From the NCBI GenBank assembly GCA_963727825.1, contig CAVSHO010000011.1, positions 1 through 64,000 of the forward strand: a DNA stretch of 64,000 nt, read 5' to 3'. Within the stretch, counting starts at the first letter, position 1. Each line of letters starts with the position of its first letter. This stretch comes from Ignavibacteriota bacterium. GTDB lineage: Bacteria > Bacteroidota > Ignavibacteria > UBA10030. The notes beneath the pieces are model-generated. The model was not told the origin of the DNA, did not search any database, and was given only the letters and a program-made list of their open reading frames with translations. Below are positions 28,609 through 37,885 of this stretch, one piece after another. Both the position numbers and the translations under genes were made by a program.

Positions 28609-29556
28609 TTATTTTTCTTGAATATAGTATTCAATAAAGTTAACTGTCGGGATCTCGCCAGAAGCTTTTGAACATATAGAAAGTTCTGTGTTTACATCTC
28701 CTTTTACCAGTGTTACGACTTTAATTTTACCGACTTCTTTTCCTGGAAGCTCAATAGGAATTCCTGTTTGAGGATTGTTAACCTTTTGGCCTCTCTTATA
28801 AATTGTAAATATATCGCCTTCTTTAATGCCTTGCATAGCCCCACCTGCGATGACATAGTTTCCATCTTCGAAAGAAAGGATGTATGATTTCCAAGGTTTA
28901 TCCAACAATTTTTCAGAGATATTGTTTACAAGTTTAGAGATAGCAGCAGAAATGACTTTATCATTGAGTGTAGCATCATAGTCAGCTGTATTTCCAACAC
29001 CTAAAACGGTCCCCGCTTCTGAGAATGCTTCTCCTTCACCCTCCTCCGAGTATATTATTTGACTTGTTTTTACATCCACAAGGCGGACATTGACTTTTGC
29101 ATAAGCGGTTTGTTTCTTTGATCGACTGAAAACGCCAACATCACTTGTTGTTTTCCGTCCGAATTCTGAGACAGATCCCAAAATCAAATAGTCCGCTGGT
29201 ATATTCAAATCGGTGAGGTTGCTCATTTGTTTTTCTTTTGTGAGATGCGATAAATCGACACGCTCTAACATGATAAACTTTTCAGTAGCGGTGAGTTTGG
29301 CTGAGAATATATCCATTGCTTGTTTGCCCAGTCGATCATCGTTTTGGTCATAAAAGAATCCTTGGCCATATTTTGTTTCATTCGAGAATCTTGCTATTGC
29401 TACTTTCCTTTTAAGTGATCTCTCTGGATTCTCAATAGACTTGCTCACTTGTGGAACTGGCTGAGTAATAACCCTTTTCTCAGGTGGCCTGACAGTGGAA
29501 CAAGATTGAAGGATGAGAAAAAGAATTGTTATGGTACAAAGAACGATCTTACTCAT
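28609..29556 (-). CDS. CsgG/HfaB-family lipoprotein
   Basis: Lipobox LQSC; LKRKVAIARFSNET, ADYLILGSVSEFGRK, VNVRLVDV. Confidence 0.88.
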   Translation of the reverse strand: MSKIVLCTITILFLILQSCSTVRPPEKRVITQPVPQVSKSIENPERSLKRKVAIARFSNETKYGQGFFYDQNDDRLGKQAMDIFSAKLTATEKFIMLERVDLSHLTKEKQMSNLTDLNIPADYLILGSVSEFGRKTTSDVGVFSRSKKQTAYAKVNVRLVDVKTSQIIYSEEGEGEAFSEAGTVLGVGNTADYDATLNDKVISAAISKLVNNISEKLLDKPWKSYILSFEDGNYVIAGGAMQGIKEGDIFTIYKRGQKVNNPQTGIPIELPGKEVGKIKVVTLVKGDVNTELSICSKASGEIPTVNFIEYYIQEK

Positions 29557-29606
29557 GTTTTACCTCCTTTTTGAATAGTTAATATGACTTATCTTTTGCA
29601 AATGGC

Positions 29607-29690
29607 ACCTAACTATGATTAGACTGCACCCGGCAGCCTAACTCGCGTTTTAAGAGTGTTAGACCGCTGATTTCAGCCTAATATGCGTGT
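29607..29690 (-). other. attI site (crossover G|TTAGGT at 29613/29612) with upstream repeats
   Basis: Minus strand GTCTAATCATAG|TTAGGTGCC at the start of the first cassette with no attC arm beyond it; CAGCCTAA repeats at 29634 and 29674. Confidence 0.75.
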
Positions 29691-29877
29691 TTTGTATTAT
29701 AGACTGCGTACGCCGCAGTCCTCCGAAAAGATGCATGCTGTTAGTTTCTGTCCCTATATTCCTCTTGAGAGAATCCGCAACAGCCTAATCCCTTTCTTTG
29801 AAAATAACTTCTTTGTATTTTCTCTTAAGGTTTGCGCTAAACTATTGAATGTCTTTATCAATTGCAAGGGAAATATT

Positions 29878-30837
29878 ATGGCTAACGAAAAAATTCTACA
29901 ACAAGTCCACAATTGCATCCGTACTCTGCATCTTAGTCTTCGCACTGAAGAAGCTTATTGCAATTGGATCAAACGATTTATGAATTTTCACGCTCAAAAA
30001 AATGTGCACGCTATGCGTGAACCGCAGATAGAACAGTTCCTCACTTCGCTCGCCGTGGATGAACAAGTATCAGCATCTACACAAAATCAGGCGCTTAATG
30101 CGATTCTCTTTTTATACCGCGAAGTATTAAATGTGAAGATCGGACTCCTAAAAGATATAATCCGCGCAAAACGAACTGTGCGCATTCCTGTCGTCTTCTC
30201 CCGGGAAGAAATCCAAACTATTTTACATCAGCTCCAGGGAACGTCGGGACTAATTTGTTCGCTATTGTACGGAAGCGGAATGCGCTTATTAGAGTGTATG
30301 CAACTGCGCATAAAGGATATTGATTTTTTGAGGAAACAAATTATTGTCAGGGAAGGAAAGGGCGAAAAAGACCGGATAACACCTCTACCTGTGTCGTTAA
30401 TTCCTCAACTGGAACGGCAAATCGCCAGAGTAAAAGTGATACATCAGGAAGATCGCGCCGCTGGTTATGGCGATGTCTATTTGCCGGATGCTATTCGTAA
30501 AAAATTCCCCCGTGCGGCAAAAGAATTCATGTGGCAATACGTTTTCCCAGCTTCCAAGCGTTCAATGGATCCTATTACAGGCGCGATTCAGCGGCATCAT
30601 CTTGATGAAAGCGCTGTTCAGCGTGCCTTCAAACTTGCATTGCAAAAATCGAAAGTTACAAAGCAGGGAACTGTTCATTCACTCAGACATTCATTCGCAA
30701 CGCATGTGTTGGAATCAGGATACGATATCCGAGTTGTGCAGGAATTATTAGGACATAAGGATGTCCGAACTACTCAAATTTATACACACGTAATGAATCG
30801 CCCTGGAATTTCTGTCCGCAGCCCGCTGGATACATAA
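29878..30837 (+). CDS. intI: Integron integrase (tyrosine recombinase)
   Basis: SASTQNQALNA, LLYGSGMR, GKGEKDR, IntI-specific insert (VYLPDA..KKFP.A...WQYVFP...RHH), HSLRHSFATH, LGHKDVRTTQIYTHV. Confidence 0.97.
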   Translation: MANEKILQQVHNCIRTLHLSLRTEEAYCNWIKRFMNFHAQKNVHAMREPQIEQFLTSLAVDEQVSASTQNQALNAILFLYREVLNVKIGLLKDIIRAKRTVRIPVVFSREEIQTILHQLQGTSGLICSLLYGSGMRLLECMQLRIKDIDFLRKQIIVREGKGEKDRITPLPVSLIPQLERQIARVKVIHQEDRAAGYGDVYLPDAIRKKFPRAAKEFMWQYVFPASKRSMDPITGAIQRHHLDESAVQRAFKLALQKSKVTKQGTVHSLRHSFATHVLESGYDIRVVQELLGHKDVRTTQIYTHVMNRPGISVRSPLDT

Positions 30838-30917
30838 CCATCTCTGCCTATCTCCAGACGCAGCGTCCGATTTATCCGCCTTTTTGATCCTTCCAGGGCC
30901 GTAGTAATGTTTTACGA

Positions 30918-33686
30918 TTATCTGCTTAACACTTCCCGAATTTTTTTTGCAAGAAGAATTTGAGTGAAGGGTTTTGGTAAAAACTCTACGCCTTCTTCTA
31001 ACACTCCGCGATGAGCTACGATATCCGCCGGATACCCGGACATAAACAATACTTTTATGCCTGGATACTTCGCTTCGATTCTCTCCTCTAATTCTTTGCC
31101 GTTCATATCCGGCATAATAACATCTGTAATCAGTAAGTCAATTTTATCTCCGTACTTCTCACATATAGCAAGCGCATCGGACGGAGATTGTGCACTCAGC
31201 ACTTTATACCCATATCTTTCCAGAGCAATTTTGGCAAGTGTGATTATTTCTTCTTCGTCTTCAACAATCAGCACTGTTTCTGTTCCGGTCAACTGGCTTT
31301 CCGGTAACCGTTCATGTGGAGATTCTGTTGCGCCTTGATATCTCGGAAAATAAATTTTGAAAGTCGTTCCCTGGTTTGGTTCGCTGTACGCATTGATAAA
31401 TCCGTTATTCTGTTTGACAATTCCAAATATAGTGGAAAGTCCCAGGCCTGTTCCTTCGCCTTTCGGTTTGGTCGTGAAAAAAGGCTCAAAGATATGACTG
31501 ATGGTTTCTTTATTCATTCCCTTTCCTGTATCGGAAAATATTAATTGCACATATTCTCCGGCTGGCATTTTTTTCGATCCATGCCCAATCGTCTCTTCAA
31601 TGCGAATATTAGCTGTTCCGATCGTTACAGTACCGGTATTCTCGATGGCATCACGTGCATTTGTTGCCAGATTGGTTAATATTTGAGTGATTTGAACTGG
31701 ATCAATTTTAATATTCCACAAATCTTCTCTAAGCGATATGTCCAGAGTAATATCCTCGCCGATCAATCGCCCAAGCATTTTTTTAAGCGGGACTAATTCC
31801 TGATTTAAGTTCAATGTTACGGGCGCGATGATCTGTTTTCTGGCAAATGCCAGTAGTTGCTTGGTTAGGTTTGCTGAACGTTCTGCAGTTTCAATGATCG
31901 CTTTAATCTTCTTTTGACACGGATCCGTCGGGGGTAACTCTTCCTCCAGCATGGATCCATACAAGAGAATAATTTCGATAATATTATTGAAATCATGTGC
32001 CACGCCGCCTGCGAGCTGGCCGATGGCATCCATCTTCTGCGCCTGAAACAATTGATCCTGCAGACTTCGTCGTTCTGTCTGATCGTTGAAGACGAGCACA
32101 ACACCGGTTGTTTCCCCTTTGGAGTTTCGTATCGGTGCACCGCTGTCTGCTATAGGGCGCCGTGTACCATCCCGTGCAACTAACACTGTATGGTTTGCCA
32201 GTCCTACAATAATTCCTTTTTTCAGCACAGAGGCGACTGGGTTCACCGCCGGTAAATTTGTCTGTTCATTAAAGATCTTAAATATTTCATCGATATTTTT
32301 TCCATTTGCTTCTGTTTCATTCCAGCCGGTCAATATCTCAGCGATATAATTCATTTGCTGAATATTACCATTGGTATCAGTTGTAATAACACCATCACCG
32401 ATACTATAAAGAGTAGTCCGGAACCGTTCTTCGCTTTCCCGCAACGCCTCCTCGTTCAGCTTGCGCTCAGTGATATCGCGTGCGACACCTACCATCGCGA
32501 TGACCTTACCATTATCGTCTTTCACGGTCGAGGTCCAAAGCTCAATTGGAAACTCAGTGCCGTCTTTCCGACGGTTGAAGAGCTGGCCACTCCACCTTCC
32601 CTCAGACGTAGCCGTCTGGATTCGGCTTCCGATTTCCAATGAAGTCTTTTCCGAACGGACGAACGAAATAGGCTGGCCCAACAACTCTTCACGAGTATAT
32701 CCGTATGTTTTCTGGAATGCTTCATTCACGAAAATAATCTTATCTTCAAGATCGGTAATCGAAATACATTCATTTGTCGATGCTACTGTTTGTGCAAGCA
32801 ATCTAATCTCTTGTTCCGCTTTTCTGTGCACCGTAACATCCCGGAAACTCCAAACTCGGCCGACCGGATTGCCGTCAATTCTTTGCGCTCGCGAATAGCG
32901 CTCGAAGATTTTTCCGTCTTTGAATTCAAATACGTCGAAGCTGTTTTCATCCGGATGGGCATAGAGCTCTCTTACTTTCGATATGAAGGTATCAGGATCT
33001 TTCAATTGTTCCAGGATATAGTTCAATACAAGGTCGTCATTTCTGCTTGCAATAATATCGTCTGGTATTTTCCACATCTTTACAAACCGCTTGTTATAGC
33101 TTGCAATCTTTCCTGATATGTCAACGACAAGAATTCCGTCAGCCGTAGATTCCAGCGTTGCCTGCAGAAGCGAGACCGACTCCTTCAACGCCTCTTCAGC
33201 TTGCTTGCGCTCAGTGATATCACGGCTTATGCCTACTAGGCCAATGATCTTCCTTTGTTGATCACGCAATGGCACCTTGGTTGCCAAATGCCAACCCGTT
33301 TTATTCGATGAAAAAACTGTCGGCTCCTCGCGGTTAATCAACGCCTCGCCCGACTTGATCACGCTTTGATCATCAGCCAAATAGCGATTCGCGAACTCCG
33401 GCGGACGAAAATCAAAATCTGTTTTGCCCCTCACCTCTTCCTGCGATTTTGCACCGAGATAACGTATGTGCGCAAAGTTGTTCAGCAGGAATCGGCTTTC
33501 GGTGTCCTTGACATAGATACGATCAGGCAGACTGTTAATCAGCGTTTGCAATAGGTTGTGCTCTACTGCCAGCGCGTCATCCGCTTGTTTTGTCTTGCTT
33601 TCAGCAAGTGGCCCTTTTTTAACTAATCTGCGAAGAGATTTCAATTCACGAATTAAATCTGATTTAGTTCGGTTCTCGTCTTTCAT
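30918..33686 (-). CDS. Multi-PAS hybrid sensor histidine kinase/response regulator
   Basis: Four PAS/PAC repeats, GGVAHDFNN H-box, NARDA, FEPFFTTK, GTGLGL, C-terminal receiver. Confidence 0.95.
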   Translation of the reverse strand: MKDENRTKSDLIRELKSLRRLVKKGPLAESKTKQADDALAVEHNLLQTLINSLPDRIYVKDTESRFLLNNFAHIRYLGAKSQEEVRGKTDFDFRPPEFANRYLADDQSVIKSGEALINREEPTVFSSNKTGWHLATKVPLRDQQRKIIGLVGISRDITERKQAEEALKESVSLLQATLESTADGILVVDISGKIASYNKRFVKMWKIPDDIIASRNDDLVLNYILEQLKDPDTFISKVRELYAHPDENSFDVFEFKDGKIFERYSRAQRIDGNPVGRVWSFRDVTVHRKAEQEIRLLAQTVASTNECISITDLEDKIIFVNEAFQKTYGYTREELLGQPISFVRSEKTSLEIGSRIQTATSEGRWSGQLFNRRKDGTEFPIELWTSTVKDDNGKVIAMVGVARDITERKLNEEALRESEERFRTTLYSIGDGVITTDTNGNIQQMNYIAEILTGWNETEANGKNIDEIFKIFNEQTNLPAVNPVASVLKKGIIVGLANHTVLVARDGTRRPIADSGAPIRNSKGETTGVVLVFNDQTERRSLQDQLFQAQKMDAIGQLAGGVAHDFNNIIEIILLYGSMLEEELPPTDPCQKKIKAIIETAERSANLTKQLLAFARKQIIAPVTLNLNQELVPLKKMLGRLIGEDITLDISLREDLWNIKIDPVQITQILTNLATNARDAIENTGTVTIGTANIRIEETIGHGSKKMPAGEYVQLIFSDTGKGMNKETISHIFEPFFTTKPKGEGTGLGLSTIFGIVKQNNGFINAYSEPNQGTTFKIYFPRYQGATESPHERLPESQLTGTETVLIVEDEEEIITLAKIALERYGYKVLSAQSPSDALAICEKYGDKIDLLITDVIMPDMNGKELEERIEAKYPGIKVLFMSGYPADIVAHRGVLEEGVEFLPKPFTQILLAKKIREVLSR

Positions 33687-34304
33687 AAAGTTTTTCTTTC
33701 TAACGAACGGATGTCAACTCTTTTCAGAAGCGTATTGAAACGCTTGAAATATAGGACAATCTGGTTAAGTCTAGATTGTGTTATATCTTTTGGATTTCTG
33801 AAGGAGTATTTGTCTCATTTTAATATTTCACTGCCGCTTAAAAGACCACGGCCAAGCTACGGTAACGCGGATAAATGGATCCAATTGAAGAATAAATTTC
33901 TATGAGTTACAGAGATTATATTCGGTGTTTGACCAGCGAATAGAAAAGCCGCTAACCGTAACACCCTCATAAAAATTCCTTTTAAGGACTTGTGTGACTA
34001 TGTAATTTAGGTAACTAAAGTGTTATTCACAACAAAAAACGCCTGACATATTACTAGATGCCAGACGTTTATGGAAGTTGACTACGCCGGTGGGGAAACG
34101 GCGTTATCAACATACTTATCGCTTATGATTCAGTCGACTTCTCATAAATCACGATGAGATTATCAATCGGTTTTTCTTCAACAATTCCTTTTATGTTCAA
34201 TTTTATGAAATTTCGATTATACATAATTCTGTATCAGAAATCTCATGACTCAAAGGATATCTTAGAATCAGTGAAGAAACTTATATTTCTGCAAATCTGT
34301 ATTT

Positions 34305-34712
34305 TTATAATAATAGTTTACTTGTCTGAAACATTTTAAAAGGGCCATGTCTCACAACACCGAATATATTCTCCAATACGTGTTTCAAGGATGACTTTAT
34401 AAAATATCCATCCGCATTCGCTTCTAATGCCCGAATTCTATACGATGGATTGTCGTATTTTGTTTCGATCATAACTTTAATATCCGGCCAACGCTTCTTG
34501 ATGATACGCGTCGCTTCAATCCCGTTTTTCTTTGGCATCACCACATCCATGAGAATGACATCCGGCGATAACGTTTCAGCCTTTTCTATTGCTTCATTGC
34601 CATCTACTGCCTCGCCTACAATATTAATGTTCGGCAGGCTATTTAAAAAATCGAACACAACACGGCGAAAATCCTGTTGATCATCAACCACAAGCACTTT
34701 AATTTGCTTCAT
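34305..34712 (-). CDS. Single-domain response regulator (NarL-like receiver)
   Basis: VLVVDD, PDVILMDVVMP, ADGYFIK. Confidence 0.9.
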   Translation of the reverse strand: MKQIKVLVVDDQQDFRRVVFDFLNSLPNINIVGEAVDGNEAIEKAETLSPDVILMDVVMPKKNGIEATRIIKKRWPDIKVMIETKYDNPSYRIRALEANADGYFIKSSLKHVLENIFGVVRHGPFKMFQTSKLLL

Positions 34713-34771
34713 ACCGCACTTCCAGAATTGGCGAAAATATTCAGTAAAATATGAACTATTATCGAAGAATA

Positions 34772-35071
34772 ATCTGTCGTATTTTCACCAATTGAGTGTC
34801 ACAAAAAAAACCAAAAGTGATATGCAAAAACTAAAATAATGGGCTGTGTTTCAATTTAATGTTACTGGCGAGTGATGTCAGGAGTTTCCTCTTGACATCC
34901 AATAGGATATCTGTCGTATTTTCACCAATTGAATGTCACAAAAACAACCAAAAGTGATATGTAAAGACACAAATAATGGGTTGTGTTTCAATTTAATGTT
35001 ACTGGCGAGTGATGTCAGTCCCGCCCACTTGCTGCAGGCAGGCAAAGCGGGATTCCTGACATCCAACAGGA
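34772..35071. repeat. Imperfect tandem duplication, 137-bp period
   Basis: ATCTGTCGTATTTTCACCAATTGA...GTTACTGGCGAGTGATGTCAG begins at 34772 and 34909. Confidence 0.85.
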
Positions 35072-35275
35072 ATTGATTTTCTAGTTTACTAAATAATCCG
35101 TAACATTCTTCTGCAGGCCAAGGAATTGCTGACATAGATGCTAACAGCTCAAGATATCGTTCAAGACATACTTGACATCTCTGCATATTTGGTGTATCAT
35201 TTTACATTAATGCATTTATGAAGAATTCAATGAAACTTTTAATCACTCAGGTTTGAGTTCCCCGCCGCTTGCAAC

Positions 35276-35455
35276 GTCATTCCGGCGTTCCGAAGGAATC
35301 ACATTGTGAAAAGCCGGAATCCATAGAATGGGGGACTGACCAAAAAGAAAGAAAATGTCACCCCGAACTTGTCCCGCTTTACGGGATGCCGTACAGCGGC
35401 ATTTCAGGGTCTAATTTTTTCAAAAAACAGATGCTGAAACGAATTTAGCATGACA
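35276..35455. repeat. Cluster of REP-like palindromes
   Basis: GTCATTCCGGC...GCCGGAATCC and TGTCACCCCGAACTTG...TTTCAGGGTCT...AGATGCTGAAACGAATTTAGCATGACA. Confidence 0.6.
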
Positions 35456-35646
35456 ACTCCGGACTTTTTAGACAGCCTCTATGGGGTGGTTAACCTAACT
35501 GGCGCGAAGCACTACGTTGAAAACGGCGTATAATGCGACGGTGCCAAAGGCGCTCACCTCTCCTAAAAGGAAAAGGAATTATTTCGTTGTTTAATCAAAG
35601 ACGCTGAGTTATTACTATTTATTTAAAAAATATTTGAAATGGAATT

Positions 35647-36351
35647 ATGAAACCGACTATATTCAAGAGATATATTCTCATCGTTTGCCTGACCATGTCA
35701 TTTTGGGAAAGCTGCAGCAGTCAAGCATCCACACGTATCCTGTTCATCGGCAACAGTTACACATTCTTCAACGGCGGTCTCGACAAACAATTAAAAGGGC
35801 TGGCTCCTTCTACCGAGACAGTGTGTATTGCTGCAGGTGGATATAATCTTGAAAATCATTGGAATAATGGTGATGCCGTCCGAATAATTCGCGAGGGCAA
35901 ATGGGACTATGTCGTTTTACAAGAACAAAGCCAAATACCGGTCATTAATAAGAAAAAGTTCTATGACTTTGCTCGAAAGTTCGATGAGGAAATCCGAAGT
36001 AGCGGTGCGAAGACCATCCTCCTAATGACGTGGGAACGGCCAGATAGTAGAACGTTTGGAGTCACAACAGACAACTTGGCAAATGCATATACAACTGTTG
36101 GAAATGAATTAGGTGTTAAAGTAGCCCCAGCTGGACTTGCATTCGCACGCTCCATTAGTAATAAGCCAGAACTTATATTGTACAGTCAGGATGGACATCC
36201 GACAGTGGAGGGAACTTACCTGGCAGCGTGTGTGCTCTATCAAACAATATTTGAAAAAAGTCCTGTCGGGAATCCGTATTCGGAGAGTTCTATTCCTGAT
36301 GATATGAGAGCTTATCTACAAGGAATTGCGGCAGAGAATCCTGGATTATGA
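35647..36351 (+). CDS. SGNH/GDSL-like hydrolase
   Basis: RILFIGNSYT, WDYVVLQEQS, DGHP. Confidence 0.88.
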   Translation: MKPTIFKRYILIVCLTMSFWESCSSQASTRILFIGNSYTFFNGGLDKQLKGLAPSTETVCIAAGGYNLENHWNNGDAVRIIREGKWDYVVLQEQSQIPVINKKKFYDFARKFDEEIRSSGAKTILLMTWERPDSRTFGVTTDNLANAYTTVGNELGVKVAPAGLAFARSISNKPELILYSQDGHPTVEGTYLAACVLYQTIFEKSPVGNPYSESSIPDDMRAYLQGIAAENPGL

Positions 36352-36684
36352 CCGATTTAAATTAGTTCGATAGCTATCCTTATGCTGATAACCTTCAAAA
36401 TATACTAAGCCGTTATACGCCATACACTCTAGCGGTGTCCAAAATTATCAGACATCTTTCTTGGGAACAGGCAGGGAATTCCTGCCCACCTGATTGCACG
36501 TAGTCGGTTGGGGAACCCCCGATATATAGATTTTCAGACCGACCCTGTGTTAAGATTGAAGCTCCTATCTCCTACAATCATATTTTCCCAAAGAATAATA
36601 TGATTCGAAGGTTTCAGATTCAAGTCCGGATTTGATACAAAGTCAGAAGAAGAATCTTAAATATTTGAGTTTTTATTTACAAGT

Positions 36685-37704
36685 TCATCTGTCCAGTGAC
36701 ATCCTCTCCAGCATCATGTACGGATAAACTTTCGGCGGTTTGCTTAATTCATCGAGTCGGGCAACCTCTTCGTTAGTCATCTCCCAATCCACAGTCTTAA
36801 GATTGTCGGTGAGTTGTTCCTTATTTTTCGCACCAATGATTACTGAAGTAACACCGGATTTCCTGAGCAGATAATTCAGCGCTGCCTGCGTAATTGTTGC
36901 GTCATGGCTACGAGCTGTTTTCTCTAACTCATCCACAATGTCGAATCCATGTTCTTCATCGAATTGGAGAAACTGATTAGTCGGATCAGATCTTCTCGCA
37001 CCTTCCGGCCTCGGTTTGCCGCGTCGATACTTTCCAGTTAAAAATCCACCGCCCAGGGGACTCCAGGTTAGAATCCCGAGCTTCTGATCAAGCGAGAGCG
37101 GGATAAGTTCGTTTTCAAGATCGCGGGCGATCAGAGAATACAATGCCTGAAGCGTGACAAATCTCTCAAGGTTTTGTTTTTCTGAGATAGCAAGCGCTTT
37201 CATCAATTGCCATCCCGTAAAATTGGACGCCCCAATGTATCGTACTTTCCCTTCCCTTACCAAATCATCAAGTGTCCTGAGGGTCTCGTCAAGCGGAGTC
37301 CGCGGATCAAAACTGTGAACCTGATACAGGTCTATGTAATCTGTGCCGAGCCTCTTGAGACTTGCGTTGCAAGAATCGATGATATGCTTTCGCGAAAGGC
37401 CGACATCATTAGAACCTGTCCCGGTTCTACCTCTAACTTTCGTTGCAAGAATAATGTCTTTCCGCTTGTTGCCGAGCGCTTTACCAAGAATTTCTTCCGA
37501 CCGTCCTTCAGAATACACGTCCGCGGTGTCAAAAAAGTTTATTCCGCCATCTATTGCTATGGTCACCATTTCGTCGGCTTCTTTCTGTTCTACCTGTCCA
37601 ACATTCTTCCAGAAACCTTTACCGCCGAAAGTCATAGCGCCGAAACAAAGTTCGGAAACTCTGATTCCGGTATTACCAAGAAATCGTGTTTTCATTAATT
37701 CCAT
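36685..37704 (-). CDS. Aldo/keto reductase
   Basis: GINFFDTADVYS, LATK, DYIDLYQVH, GKVRYIGASN, WSPLGGG. Confidence 0.95.
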   Translation of the reverse strand: MELMKTRFLGNTGIRVSELCFGAMTFGGKGFWKNVGQVEQKEADEMVTIAIDGGINFFDTADVYSEGRSEEILGKALGNKRKDIILATKVRGRTGTGSNDVGLSRKHIIDSCNASLKRLGTDYIDLYQVHSFDPRTPLDETLRTLDDLVREGKVRYIGASNFTGWQLMKALAISEKQNLERFVTLQALYSLIARDLENELIPLSLDQKLGILTWSPLGGGFLTGKYRRGKPRPEGARRSDPTNQFLQFDEEHGFDIVDELEKTARSHDATITQAALNYLLRKSGVTSVIIGAKNKEQLTDNLKTVDWEMTNEEVARLDELSKPPKVYPYMMLERMSLDR

Positions 37705-37885
37705 CTCCTTTATAATAATGACTCAATTTAGATAACTCTGGGATTATTCACAACCTGTTTGTCTTGAAACAGAAAAATCATCGATGCACTAATAAATGCC
37801 GAGGATTAGGAATAAGCATATTGAAATTATTATCCCGATCCATGATGAATTAAAAGAGGGTAATAATAGATACCCAAAGCACAAT

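Larger units (their letters stand above)
1..30837 (-). mobile_element. Sedentary chromosomal integron: intI + attI + at least 22 cassettes (array truncated at left edge)
   Basis: IntI gene divergent from a run of mostly minus-strand ORFs, each followed by a conserved ~150-230 bp repeat (CTAACGG..TAAGCTG ... GTCAGCTTGAG...CTGGTTAG). Confidence 0.97.

Noticed and set aside
1-29613. CRISPR array or other repeat-spacer system
   Set aside because: Repeats are 150-230 bp imperfect palindromes with R/L boxes and extrahelical G and T, separated by genes and next to intI: these are attC sites; no cas genes
29683-29877. 65-aa N-terminal extension of IntI in the ORF track
   Set aside because: Overlaps the attI region; ATG 29878 has an RBS and gives a typical 319-aa IntI
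29690-29877. Pc/PintI promoters and LexA box
   Set aside because: No unambiguous consensus visible, and the motifs for this lineage are uncertain
33830-34110. Possible riboswitch upstream of the hybrid kinase
   Set aside because: Hairpins are present but I cannot match a full known consensus; needs an Rfam search
35429-35455. Resemblance of the REP-like GCTGAAACGAATTTAGC to the attC centre GCTGAAAACGAAACAAGTTCA
   Set aside because: Too short and gapped to claim common origin
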